Assembly: GCF_041909095.1 (NCBI RefSeq)
Contig: NZ_JAYREB010000003.1
Span: forward strand, 136,826 to 200,825
Source: Azonexus sp.
Lineage (GTDB): Bacteria > Pseudomonadota > Gammaproteobacteria > Burkholderiales > Rhodocyclaceae
Length of the DNA stretch: 64,000 bases
Reading direction: 5' to 3'
In this document: in pieces, positions 37,949 through 46,942 of the stretch
How positions within the stretch are numbered: the stretch's first letter is position 1
How the letters are laid out: the number at the start of each line of letters is the position of its first letter
Position numbers and translations under genes: made by a program
Notes under the pieces: generated by a model
What the model saw: only the letters and a program-made list of their open reading frames with translations
Told to the model about the DNA's origin: nothing
The model's database searches: none

Positions 37949-40900
37949 ATGAGTTTGTTACAGAAGATGAGGGACGTTTTTTCCGACAAGAAGCAGAGCG
38001 ATGGCCTGAGCAGCGCCCAGCAGAAGTTGCTGAGCGAGGCCTTCGCCTCGCTGGCACCGGCCGGCAAGAACCTGCCGGCGAAAGCCATGCGCTACCTGCT
38101 CGAAGGCGTCGATGAAGACGTCCTGCTCGATCTCCAGAACGCCGGTTCGCCACATCCCGGCATCCTGCTGGGCGAGCCGGGGCGGCTGCGCTCCTCCTTC
38201 TCGGGCTATGACAACAAGGTCGAGGAAAAGAACGGAGAAAGCAGCCTGAAAGCCCGTTCGGCCTTCTACGCCACGCTTGAAGCAGCAACGATGCCGCACG
38301 CCCTGATGGTTCGCCTCGGCAAGCTGCTGCAGTCGGCCGATGGCCGCAAGTCGCTGGAGCCGATGGGTTCCCAGGTGCCGGACTGGTGTGATTACCTGGT
38401 CAACGACGCCTTGTACGCCAGTTTCAACCGTAGCTGGCTTTCCTCTGACGACAAGAAAGCCTTCCCTCACGACCGGCGCGCCTTCACCGTGCCCAATCTG
38501 GCCATCATGCTCGAGCTTGAAGGGGTGCCGGACTGGCAAGTCCTGCAACTGGCCTTCGAGCGCAATGGGCTGGACAACTACTATCAGGACCGGTTGGACT
38601 TCCTGATCAGCAATCCGGCGACATTCGACTTCATGCTGAGCAAGCCTGAACTGGTGAAGTACCTGCCGAGCAATCTGAGCGCACTGGGGCGGACCAAGCT
38701 GGCCGAGTGTCTGGGCGCCAGGCCGGCCGAGAACGAGCTGTTGTCGGTGATACTGGTGCTGCTCGCGGTCGATGGCGCCAAGGCCGTCCGGGCCGAGGCC
38801 GCCAGCCATCTCGAAGGGGTGCCGGAGCGCCTGCGTCTGGGCTGTCTCGCCGGCTTCCTGCTGCAGGGTGACAGCGGGCAACGCCAGTACGCTGCCGAAT
38901 TGTTTGCCCGCTGGCCCAGCGCCGAGGTCAAGGCAACACTGGAAGCTGCGCTGGCCCAGGAAAAAGGCAAGAGCGTTCAGCAGGCCATTCGCGGCGCCTT
39001 GAGCCGGATCGATGCGGTCGACGAAGCGGCGGCCCAGGATCTGCCGCCGCTGCCCGCGTGGACACCGCTGCCCGACGAGCCACTGGGGCCGGAATTCGAG
39101 AAAATACTGCTGGCCAACCGGGTTGAATTGCTGGAAAGCCTGCGCCAGGACGCCGAAGAGGAAAAAAAGGAAAATGCCACCAGCACCAGTAGATGGAAAT
39201 CATCCTGGCGGCAAGATATCTACAAGGAATACATGCAGCTGACCGACGCGCACTTGCGTGTCGCCGTGCAGGTGATGAACGGTCAGCCCGCCAGCAAGCA
39301 ACTGGTCGGAAAAATCAAGGCGCAGGTCTGGAAGACCCTGGACCATCAGGATAAATTCCTGGAGTTGCCCGGTCTGAGCGGCGTGCATCTGATCCGCTGG
39401 CTCAACTACGCGGACGCCGAAGGCGATTTCTGGCGCCACGAGGAGTTCCAGCAATGGCTCACCCAGCAGGAAGCCGGGACGGTCGACCTGCGCGCCATTG
39501 CCGACGTGGTGCAACGCAACGGCGGCGCTCTCACCGCAGTCGCCAGCGCCGCCCTGGTCGATTACTGGCGCGCGCCCACTGCCACTGAATTTCTGCCGCC
39601 GGACTGCGTCTGGCCGTTTTTTGCCGAGCATCCCGAGTTTATCGACATCGCCCTCGAGATCGCCGCACCCGCCGAGTTCGAAAGCTACCGTGGCACCCCG
39701 CGCCTGGGCGCGACCTTGCGTACTCTGGAAATTTTCCCCGTCATCCCCGGGCGCTGGTTGCCGCGCCTGATGGAAATCGCGCTGGGCGAAACCCGGGCCT
39801 ACCGGGGAGATGCCCAGAAAGTGCTCGCCCGCGTGCCCGAGATCGGCAAGCAGGTGCTTGAATTCCTGACCCACTCGAAGAGCGAAATGCGCATCGAAGC
39901 TGCTCGCTGGCTGGCCGATCTGCAATATCAGCCGGCGGTCGAAGCGATCAGGAAGGCGCTGGTCAAGGAAAGCCGGGAGGCCGTGCGCGCTGCCTTCCTG
40001 ACCACGCTGGAAGCGCTGGGCGCAGACATCGCCGCCTACATTGCCCCGGACGTCCTGCTCGCCGAAGCGAAGAAGGGGCTGAAAGCCAAGCTGCCGGCCG
40101 GCCTCGACTGGTTCAATCTGGATGCGCTGCCGGCCTGCCAATGGGCGGACGGAACGCCGGTCGAGGCGGAATGCATCAAATGGTGGGTGGTCTTCGCCTG
40201 CAAGCTCAAGGAGCCGGGCGGCAACGCGCTGCTCACGCGCTACCTCGGCCTGCTCGACGCCGCCAGCCGCGAAGCGCTGGGCCGCCACATCCTCCACCAG
40301 TTCATCGCCCAGGATATCCGCCATCCCAGCGAAGCCGAATGCATCGCCCACGCCGACGCCACGGCTCCTCGCCGCTGGCAGCAGTGGCAGACCTATTACC
40401 AGCGCAACAAGGACGAGTTCTACAACCGCAGCCAGGAACAGATCTACGCTGAATGCAAGGCCAGCAAGGCTGCCGAATACCTCGGCAGTGCCATCGGCGA
40501 AAAAGGCATCCTCGCCTTGTCCGCCTACGCGCCCGGCCACGAAGCCGTCAACTTGCTGCGCCAGTACATGCGTGATCACTACCCCCGGCGGGCGCAGATC
40601 GAAGCCATGCTCGAAGGACTGGCACCTGGCAACGATCCTTTCGTCATCCAGCTCCTGCTCGGCCTCTCCCGCCGCTATCGCACCGCCTCGGTGCAGGAGA
40701 AGGCGCGCCTGCTGGTGCAGCAGATCGCCGACCGCAACGGCTGGTCAGCCGATCAGCTCGCCGACCGCACCATCCCCACCGCCGGCTTCGACGACAGCGG
40801 CAAGCTCGAACTGCATTATGGCGACCGCCTGTTCACCGTCACCCTCGACGCGGCGATGAAACCCGAACTGCGCAACGCCGAAGGCAAGGTCATCAAGGCC

Positions 40901-41746
40901 CTGCCCGAACCCCGGCAGACCGACGATCCGGACAGCATCAAGGAAGCCAAGGGGCAATTCTCGGGCTGCAAGAAGGAACTCAAGCAGGTCATCGAATTGC
41001 AGACCGCCCGCCTCTACGAAGCCCTTTGCGTCAGTCGCCTCTGGCCGCAGGCCGAGTGGCGCGAATACCTCCTGCAGCATCCGGTGGTCGGGCGCCTGAT
41101 CCAGCGCCTGATCTGGCTGGAAACCGACGCCCAGGGCCAGCCGCTGCAAAGCTTCCGGCCGACCGAGGACGGCACGCTGATCAACACCGACGATGACGAA
41201 ATCACGCTCGGCGAAGGCAGCCTGATCCGCCTCGCCCACGCCTCGCTCGTTACGCCGGACAGCGCCAAAGCCTGGCAGGCGCATTTCAAGGACTACAAGC
41301 TCAGCCCGCTCTTCGCGCAGATGACCCGGCCCTTGCCCGAGATCGCGATGACCGATGCTGAAGGCAAGCCGGTTCAGGAAATCGCCGATCGCCAGGGCTG
41401 GCTGAGCGACACCTTCACCCTGCGCGGTGCCTTCAACAAGCTGGGCTACCAGCGCGCCGCCGCCGAGGATGGCGGCTTCTTCGATCATTACTTCAAGGAG
41501 TTCGGTGCCGCCGGCATCCGCGTGGTGGTCGAATTCACCGGCAACTGCCTGCCCGAGGAAAACGTCGTGGCGGCGCTGCGCGTCCTGCGTTTCGAAGATA
41601 TGCGTGGTGGCCGCTGGCGGGCTGAGACGCTGGACCTTGCAGCCGTGCCGGTGGTCCTGCTGGCCGAGGCCTATGCCGACTATCTGGCGGTAGCCAATGT
41701 CTGTTCCGGTTTCGACCCGGAATGGGAAAAGAAAAGTCCGTGGTGA
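37949..41746 (+). CDS. Giant HEAT-repeat / DUF4132-like protein, paralog A (YehI/MolR-like)
   Basis: 1265 aa from ATG 37949 (AAGGAGG 8 nt upstream). HEAT/PBS-lyase-like unit SEMRIEAARWLADLQYQPAVEAIRKAL. The C-terminal ~450 aa match my recollection of the DUF4132 region of E. coli YehI/MolR. Context: next to MoxR, vWA and SWIM genes. Confidence 0.7.
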   Translation: MSLLQKMRDVFSDKKQSDGLSSAQQKLLSEAFASLAPAGKNLPAKAMRYLLEGVDEDVLLDLQNAGSPHPGILLGEPGRLRSSFSGYDNKVEEKNGESSLKARSAFYATLEAATMPHALMVRLGKLLQSADGRKSLEPMGSQVPDWCDYLVNDALYASFNRSWLSSDDKKAFPHDRRAFTVPNLAIMLELEGVPDWQVLQLAFERNGLDNYYQDRLDFLISNPATFDFMLSKPELVKYLPSNLSALGRTKLAECLGARPAENELLSVILVLLAVDGAKAVRAEAASHLEGVPERLRLGCLAGFLLQGDSGQRQYAAELFARWPSAEVKATLEAALAQEKGKSVQQAIRGALSRIDAVDEAAAQDLPPLPAWTPLPDEPLGPEFEKILLANRVELLESLRQDAEEEKKENATSTSRWKSSWRQDIYKEYMQLTDAHLRVAVQVMNGQPASKQLVGKIKAQVWKTLDHQDKFLELPGLSGVHLIRWLNYADAEGDFWRHEEFQQWLTQQEAGTVDLRAIADVVQRNGGALTAVASAALVDYWRAPTATEFLPPDCVWPFFAEHPEFIDIALEIAAPAEFESYRGTPRLGATLRTLEIFPVIPGRWLPRLMEIALGETRAYRGDAQKVLARVPEIGKQVLEFLTHSKSEMRIEAARWLADLQYQPAVEAIRKALVKESREAVRAAFLTTLEALGADIAAYIAPDVLLAEAKKGLKAKLPAGLDWFNLDALPACQWADGTPVEAECIKWWVVFACKLKEPGGNALLTRYLGLLDAASREALGRHILHQFIAQDIRHPSEAECIAHADATAPRRWQQWQTYYQRNKDEFYNRSQEQIYAECKASKAAEYLGSAIGEKGILALSAYAPGHEAVNLLRQYMRDHYPRRAQIEAMLEGLAPGNDPFVIQLLLGLSRRYRTASVQEKARLLVQQIADRNGWSADQLADRTIPTAGFDDSGKLELHYGDRLFTVTLDAAMKPELRNAEGKVIKALPEPRQTDDPDSIKEAKGQFSGCKKELKQVIELQTARLYEALCVSRLWPQAEWREYLLQHPVVGRLIQRLIWLETDAQGQPLQSFRPTEDGTLINTDDDEITLGEGSLIRLAHASLVTPDSAKAWQAHFKDYKLSPLFAQMTRPLPEIAMTDAEGKPVQEIADRQGWLSDTFTLRGAFNKLGYQRAAAEDGGFFDHYFKEFGAAGIRVVVEFTGNCLPEENVVAALRVLRFEDMRGGRWRAETLDLAAVPVVLLAEAYADYLAVANVCSGFDPEWEKKSPW
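39735..41745 (+). repeat. Dispersed direct repeat, copy 1 (3' third of paralog A)
   Basis: Aligns colinearly with 44901-46911 at a constant offset of 5166 nt. By eye, identity is about 85-90% up to about 40405. It is then perfect from 40411 to 41166. After that there are scattered mismatches. Confidence 0.9.
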
Positions 41747-41806
41747 CCGGGTAATTTCTGCCTTGAGCCTGCCCTTCCTCCCTTTTCCAAATTCCTGGGA
41801 AATACG

Positions 41807-43000
41807 ATGCCTGACGAGCTTTACGACCAATACAGCGACGAAATTTTCTATGCCAACACCCTCGCCGGCGCGCAGCCTGACAAGGTGCGGGCGATCTACA
41901 TCAGCTACGAACCTGGCGATTGCATTTCGCTCAAATTCCCCGAGTTGCGCTACCTGAGCTATTGCCAAGCCACGCCGGACTGGGGGGGCATAACTCGGCT
42001 GAAAAAACTGGTGCATTTCAGCTGCAAAGGCGCCTACGGCAAAATTCCGCAAGCGCTGCACGAACTGCTGCAAGGAAACACCGGGCTGATCGAACTGGAG
42101 ATCGACAATACGGGACTGCATCTGGACGACCGCCTTGCTGGCATCGGAACCTTCAAAAACCTGCGCGCGCTCGAACTCAACAACATCGAGCTGCCAGCTT
42201 TCCCAGCCGGCATCGGCCAACTCGGCGAACTGCGCCGACTTTCTCTCGCCAATAGCGGATTGAGAAATTTCCCGGACGTACTCTGCGAACTGCACCATCT
42301 TGAAGAGCTTGATCTTTCCGGCAATCCGATCAGCGAACTGCCCGAAGCCATCGGCCAACTGCATAAATTGAGAAAACTGGACATCACCCAATGCGCCCTG
42401 AGCAGCCTGCCCGAATCGCTTGCCGACCTGCCCGATCTCGAATCCGTGCTCGCCACGGGCAACACCTTCACGCAACTCCCGTTCGGCCTGAAAAAACTCA
42501 AGTCGAAGCTGGTCGTGGAACTTAAATACCGCGCGCTCTACGACGAAGTTGCCCGCAAAAAACACCACCGTCTCGGACAAAAGCCGGCGATTTTCAAGGA
42601 TTTCGGGTTCAAGCTGATGGTTATCCAGAAGCTGATGTACGACGAAAAAGTGCTTCGCCCCATCTTCGACGTCTACGACTTTGCAGCAAACCACTCCGCC
42701 CGAAAAATCGACCTCGAAGGCGCGGAAGCCTACGGCGTCATCCCTGAGGTGCGCGACCATTTCCTGAACCTGGAAATCCCGCTGGCCCTGCTCGAAGACA
42801 TCAAAACGCTCTACGCCGACGGCGGTGACGAAATCTACGCCCAACTCGCTCCGCGCTGGGGCGGCGAAGACGACTTTTTCAATGTTAACTCAGCCGCCGA
42901 CGCCAAACTGCTGCCTAACCTGAAGGAAGTCACCTCTCCTTTCTTGTCCGGCAAAGCCATCAAGCAACTTGAAAAACTGGCGATTGAGGTCGATTGCTGA
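41807..43000 (+). CDS. Leucine-rich repeat (LRR) protein with an uncharacterised C-terminal domain
   Basis: Consecutive LxxLxLxxNxL units (LRALELNNIELPAFPAGIGQLGELRRLSLANSGLRNFPDVLCELHHLEELDLSGNPISELPEAIGQLHKLRKLDITQCALSSLPESLADLPDLESVLATGNTFTQLP). About 50% GC in sampled 60-nt lines, against 65-75% in flanking genes. Confidence 0.85.
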   Translation: MPDELYDQYSDEIFYANTLAGAQPDKVRAIYISYEPGDCISLKFPELRYLSYCQATPDWGGITRLKKLVHFSCKGAYGKIPQALHELLQGNTGLIELEIDNTGLHLDDRLAGIGTFKNLRALELNNIELPAFPAGIGQLGELRRLSLANSGLRNFPDVLCELHHLEELDLSGNPISELPEAIGQLHKLRKLDITQCALSSLPESLADLPDLESVLATGNTFTQLPFGLKKLKSKLVVELKYRALYDEVARKKHHRLGQKPAIFKDFGFKLMVIQKLMYDEKVLRPIFDVYDFAANHSARKIDLEGAEAYGVIPEVRDHFLNLEIPLALLEDIKTLYADGGDEIYAQLAPRWGGEDDFFNVNSAADAKLLPNLKEVTSPFLSGKAIKQLEKLAIEVDC

Positions 43001-43026
43001 ACGAAGCGGACGACCAAGTGCGTTGT

Positions 43027-43046
43027 CACGGTCAACCCGAAAATCG
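43027..43046. repeat. Copy B (degenerate, opposite orientation) of the shared motif
   Basis: CACGGTCAACCCGAAAATCG versus the left hairpin arm CACGGTCAACCGGAAAAAACG at 50556-50576. Lies in the 126-nt gap after the LRR gene. Confidence 0.6.
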
Positions 43047-43126
43047 TTGATTTTTGGCATTGGCGACCAAAGTGCCTCGACTGAGTTGAGGCATTAAAAC
43101 CGAAAGAATGTTAAACGGAGCATGTT

Positions 43127-46100
43127 ATGGATTTGATGAGCAAAATCAGGGAATACGTCGCCAGCCTGGCAGGCAAGCAGCCGCCTGCCGTGCCTCGCGA
43201 TTTGAGCAAGGAACAACAAAAGTGGCTTGAACAGGCTTTCGCGCCGCTCGCCTGTGCCGACAAGGGGATGCCGGACAAGGTGCTGAACTATGTTTTAACG
43301 GGTGGGAACGAGGCTGTTCTGCATGAGCTGCGGCAATCGAAGGAACTTGGCTCCCAATTGGGGCAGCCGGGCCGTCTGCACGGCAGTTACCACGGCGGCG
43401 GAAAGCTAACCGAAAAGAGCATGGCGGCACGCGCCAGGTTTTATGCCAGTCTGGATGCCGATGCGCCGCCTCTTGGTGTGATGGTCCGCTTGGGCAAGGT
43501 GCTGACCATGGCGGATGCCGGCGAGTCGCTTGAGGATCCGGGGGCGCCGGTGCCGACATGGTGCCAGTACCTGGTCAATGACGCCATGTTCGCCAGTCTG
43601 AACCATTACTACGTGAGCAGTGACATGAAGGCGCTCCTGGAGAGCAAGCGGGGTGCGTTCTCGCTCCCCAATCTCCTGGCGATGCTCAAAAGCGAGGAGG
43701 AGGAGGGCAACAAAGTCCCTTCGGAACTCACTGTGCTGCAATTGGTGTTTGAGCGCCAAGGGCTGACCAATCCCGACAACGACGCCCTCGAGGTGATTGT
43801 CGATCACCCCGCAACGCTGCAATTCATGCGCGATTACCCGCAACTGGTGGCAGTGCTGCCGCGCGTTCTCGCTGCTGCCGGGCGTGTGCTTCTGGCGAAT
43901 TTTCTCGGGCGGCACAAGGAGCTCGCCGCCGAATGCAAGGAATTCGGCGTGGCGCTGGTGGCGCTGGCCGTCGATAGTGGCAAGACCGTGCGTGCCGCAG
44001 CCACGCCCCATCTGGACGGCTTGCCGGAAGAGTTGCGGATGGGACTGCTGGCCTTCTTCCTGCAACGGGGCGAGGGCACGGTGCGACAGTACGCGGCTGA
44101 CTTGCTGGTCCGCTGGCCGTCTCCCGAGGTTCGGGCAACGCTGGAAGCTGCGCTGGCAGAAGAGAGCAGCAAGAGCGTTCAGCACAGCATTCGCGGCGCC
44201 CTGGGCCGGCTTGACGTGGCCGACGACTCCGACGGCCAGGATTTTCCCCCGTTGCCAGACTGGACGCCGTTGCCGGATGAGCCGCTGGGGCCTGAGGTCG
44301 AGAGCCTCCTTTTGGCCAATCGGCGTGAATTGCTGGAAAACTATCGCCTGGAAGCCGAAGAGGAGAAGCGGAAAAACGCCGCCCAGAAGGGGCGGGATCA
44401 CACCTGGCGACAACGTCAGTACAAGGAGTTCATGGCGCTCACTGACGACGATTTGCGCCTTGCGCTAAAGGTGATCAACGGTCAGTCAACCGACAAGGAG
44501 TTGAGCACCGAACTCGGCGCCGATCTCAGGGAAATCCTGGAACATGAGGGAAAAATCTTTGCATTGCCCGCTTTTGGGGGGGCGCATCACATCCGTTGGC
44601 GGAGCTACTTTGACGAGGATGGCGATTTCTGGCCGTTTGATGAATTTCATCAATGGCTCTTGAAACAGCCGGTCGGTTCGGTCGATCTGCGCGCCCTTGC
44701 CGATGTCGTGCAACGTTCCGGATATTCGTTGGAAACAGTGGCTCGTGCATCACTGGTCGATTTCTGGCGTAATCCTCCCGCATTTGAAGTTCTCCCGCCG
44801 GAATGTGTCTGGCCTTTCTTTGCCGAGCACCCTGAATTCATCGATGCCGGCCTGAACACTTCCGCCCGGTTGGACGCCACGATACGGACCATCGGTACCT
44901 TTCCGGTGATTCCCGGTCGCTGGTTGCCGCGTCTGATGGAAATTGCGCTGGGCGAGGCCTGGGAATGCAGGGCCGAGGCCCAGAAGGTTCTTGGCATCGT
45001 CCCGGATATTGGTAAATATGTACTGGAGACGCTGACCCATTCGAAGAGCGAGATGCGTATTGAAGCCGCCTGCTGGCTGGCCAATCTGCAATATCAGCCG
45101 GCGGTCGAAGCGATCAGGAAAGCTTTGGTCAAGGAAAGCCGTGAAGCCGTGCGCGCCGCTTTCCTGACCGCGCTGGAAGAGTTGGGCGCAGATATTGCCG
45201 CCTACATTGCCCCGGACGTCCTGCTCGCCGAAGCCAGGAAGGGGCTGAAAGCCAGGCTGCCGGCCGGCTTCGACTGGTTCAATCTGGATGCGCTGCCGGC
45301 CTGCCACTGGGCGGACGGCACGCCGGTCGAGGCGGACTGCATCAAATGGTGGGTGGTCTTCGCCTGCAAGCTCAAGTGGCCGGGCGGTAACCCGCTGCTC
45401 CGGCGCTACCTCGGCCTGCTCGACGCCGCCAGCCGCGAAGCGCTGGGCCGCCACATCCTCCACCAGTTCATCGCCCAGGACACCCGCCACCCCAGCGAAG
45501 CCGAATGCATCGCCTACGCCGACGCCTACGCTCCCGGTCGCTGGCAACAATTCCAGGGTAACTACAGGCGGACCAAGGACGAGTTCTACAACCGCAGCCA
45601 GGAACAGATCTACGCTGAATGCAAGGCCAGCAAGGCTGCCGAATACCTCGGCAGTGCCATCGGCGAAAAAGGCATCCTCGCCTTGTCCGCCTACGCGCCC
45701 GGCCACGAAGCCGTCAACTTGCTGCGCCAGTACATGCGTGATCACTACCCCCGGCGGGCGCAGATCGAAGCCATGCTCGAAGGACTGGCACCTGGCAACG
45801 ATCCTTTCGTCATCCAGCTCCTGCTCGGCCTCTCCCGCCGCTATCGCACCGCCTCGGTGCAGGAGAAGGCGCGCCTGCTGGTGCAGCAGATCGCCGACCG
45901 CAACGGCTGGTCAGCCGATCAGCTCGCCGACCGCACCATCCCCACCGCCGGCTTCGACGACAGCGGCAAGCTCGAACTGCATTATGGCGACCGCCTGTTC
46001 ACCGTCACCCTCGACGCGGCGATGAAACCCGAACTGCGCAACGCCGAAGGCAAGGTCATCAAGGCCCTGCCCGAACCCCGGCAGACCGACGATCCGGACA

Positions 46101-46915
46101 GCATCAAGGAAGCCAAGGGGCAATTCTCGGGCTGCAAGAAGGAACTCAAGCAGGTCATCGAATTGCAGACCGCCCGCCTCTACGAAGCCCTTTGCGTCAG
46201 TCGCCTCTGGCCGCAGGCCGAGTGGCGCGAATACCTCCTGCAGCATCCGGTGGTCGGGCGCCTGATCCAGCGCCTGATCTGGCTGGAAACCGACGCCCAG
46301 GGCCAGCCGCTGCAAAGCTTCCGGCCGACCGAAGACGGCACGCTGATCAACACCGACGATGACGAAATCACGCTGAACGAAGGCAGCCTGATCCGCCTCG
46401 CCCACGCCTCGCTCGTTACGCCGGACAGCGCCAAAGCCTGGCAGGCGCATTTCAAGGACTACAAGCTGACGCCGCTCTTCGCGCAGATGACCCGGCCCTT
46501 GCCCGAGATCGCGATGACCGATGCTGAAGGCAAGCCGGTTCAGGAAATCGCCGATCGCCAGGGCTGGCTGAGCGACACCTTCACCCTGCGCGGCGCCTTC
46601 AACAAGCTGGGCTACCAGCGCGCCGCAGCCGAGGATGGCGGCTACTTCAATCATTACTTCAAGGAGTTCGGTGCCGCCGGCATTCGCGTGGTGGTGGAAT
46701 TCACCGGTAACTGCCTGCCCGAGGAAAACGTGGCGGCAGCGCTGCGCGTCCTGCGTTTCGAAGATACGCGGGGTAGCCGCTGGCAGTCGAATAACCTGGA
46801 TCTCGCCAGCGTGCCGGTGGTTCTGCTGGCCGAGGCCTATGCCGACTATCTGGCGGTAGCCAATGTCTGTTCCGGCTTCGATCCGGAGTGGGAAAAGAAA
46901 AGTCCGTGGTATTGA
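43127..46915 (+). CDS. Giant HEAT-repeat / DUF4132-like protein, paralog B (YehI/MolR-like)
   Basis: 1262 aa. ACGGAG lies 6 nt upstream of ATG 43127. Colinear with paralog A over its full length. The N-terminal ~640 aa are only about half identical, and the C-terminal ~440 aa are nearly identical. Confidence 0.7.
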   Translation: MDLMSKIREYVASLAGKQPPAVPRDLSKEQQKWLEQAFAPLACADKGMPDKVLNYVLTGGNEAVLHELRQSKELGSQLGQPGRLHGSYHGGGKLTEKSMAARARFYASLDADAPPLGVMVRLGKVLTMADAGESLEDPGAPVPTWCQYLVNDAMFASLNHYYVSSDMKALLESKRGAFSLPNLLAMLKSEEEEGNKVPSELTVLQLVFERQGLTNPDNDALEVIVDHPATLQFMRDYPQLVAVLPRVLAAAGRVLLANFLGRHKELAAECKEFGVALVALAVDSGKTVRAAATPHLDGLPEELRMGLLAFFLQRGEGTVRQYAADLLVRWPSPEVRATLEAALAEESSKSVQHSIRGALGRLDVADDSDGQDFPPLPDWTPLPDEPLGPEVESLLLANRRELLENYRLEAEEEKRKNAAQKGRDHTWRQRQYKEFMALTDDDLRLALKVINGQSTDKELSTELGADLREILEHEGKIFALPAFGGAHHIRWRSYFDEDGDFWPFDEFHQWLLKQPVGSVDLRALADVVQRSGYSLETVARASLVDFWRNPPAFEVLPPECVWPFFAEHPEFIDAGLNTSARLDATIRTIGTFPVIPGRWLPRLMEIALGEAWECRAEAQKVLGIVPDIGKYVLETLTHSKSEMRIEAACWLANLQYQPAVEAIRKALVKESREAVRAAFLTALEELGADIAAYIAPDVLLAEARKGLKARLPAGFDWFNLDALPACHWADGTPVEADCIKWWVVFACKLKWPGGNPLLRRYLGLLDAASREALGRHILHQFIAQDTRHPSEAECIAYADAYAPGRWQQFQGNYRRTKDEFYNRSQEQIYAECKASKAAEYLGSAIGEKGILALSAYAPGHEAVNLLRQYMRDHYPRRAQIEAMLEGLAPGNDPFVIQLLLGLSRRYRTASVQEKARLLVQQIADRNGWSADQLADRTIPTAGFDDSGKLELHYGDRLFTVTLDAAMKPELRNAEGKVIKALPEPRQTDDPDSIKEAKGQFSGCKKELKQVIELQTARLYEALCVSRLWPQAEWREYLLQHPVVGRLIQRLIWLETDAQGQPLQSFRPTEDGTLINTDDDEITLNEGSLIRLAHASLVTPDSAKAWQAHFKDYKLTPLFAQMTRPLPEIAMTDAEGKPVQEIADRQGWLSDTFTLRGAFNKLGYQRAAAEDGGYFNHYFKEFGAAGIRVVVEFTGNCLPEENVAAALRVLRFEDTRGSRWQSNNLDLASVPVVLLAEAYADYLAVANVCSGFDPEWEKKSPWY
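44901..46911 (+). repeat. Dispersed direct repeat, copy 2 (3' third of paralog B)
   Basis: Partner of 39735-41745. The perfect block 45577-46332 equals 40411-41166. Confidence 0.9.
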
Positions 46916-46942
46916 TCGCGATGTGTTCTTGACAGGTTAAAG

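Noticed and set aside
40745-42844. 699-aa minus-strand ORF, and its partial twin at 45911..46654
   Set aside because: Both are antisense shadows of the DUF4132-like genes. Their similarity to each other simply mirrors the plus-strand duplication.
39735-46911. Interpreting the repeat as a simple recent tandem duplication or an assembly artefact
   Set aside because: The 5' two-thirds of the two genes are strongly diverged, a unique LRR gene lies between them and the flanks differ, so they are old paralogs. The perfect 756-bp block is better explained by gene conversion. Assembly collapse of that block alone cannot be excluded without reads.
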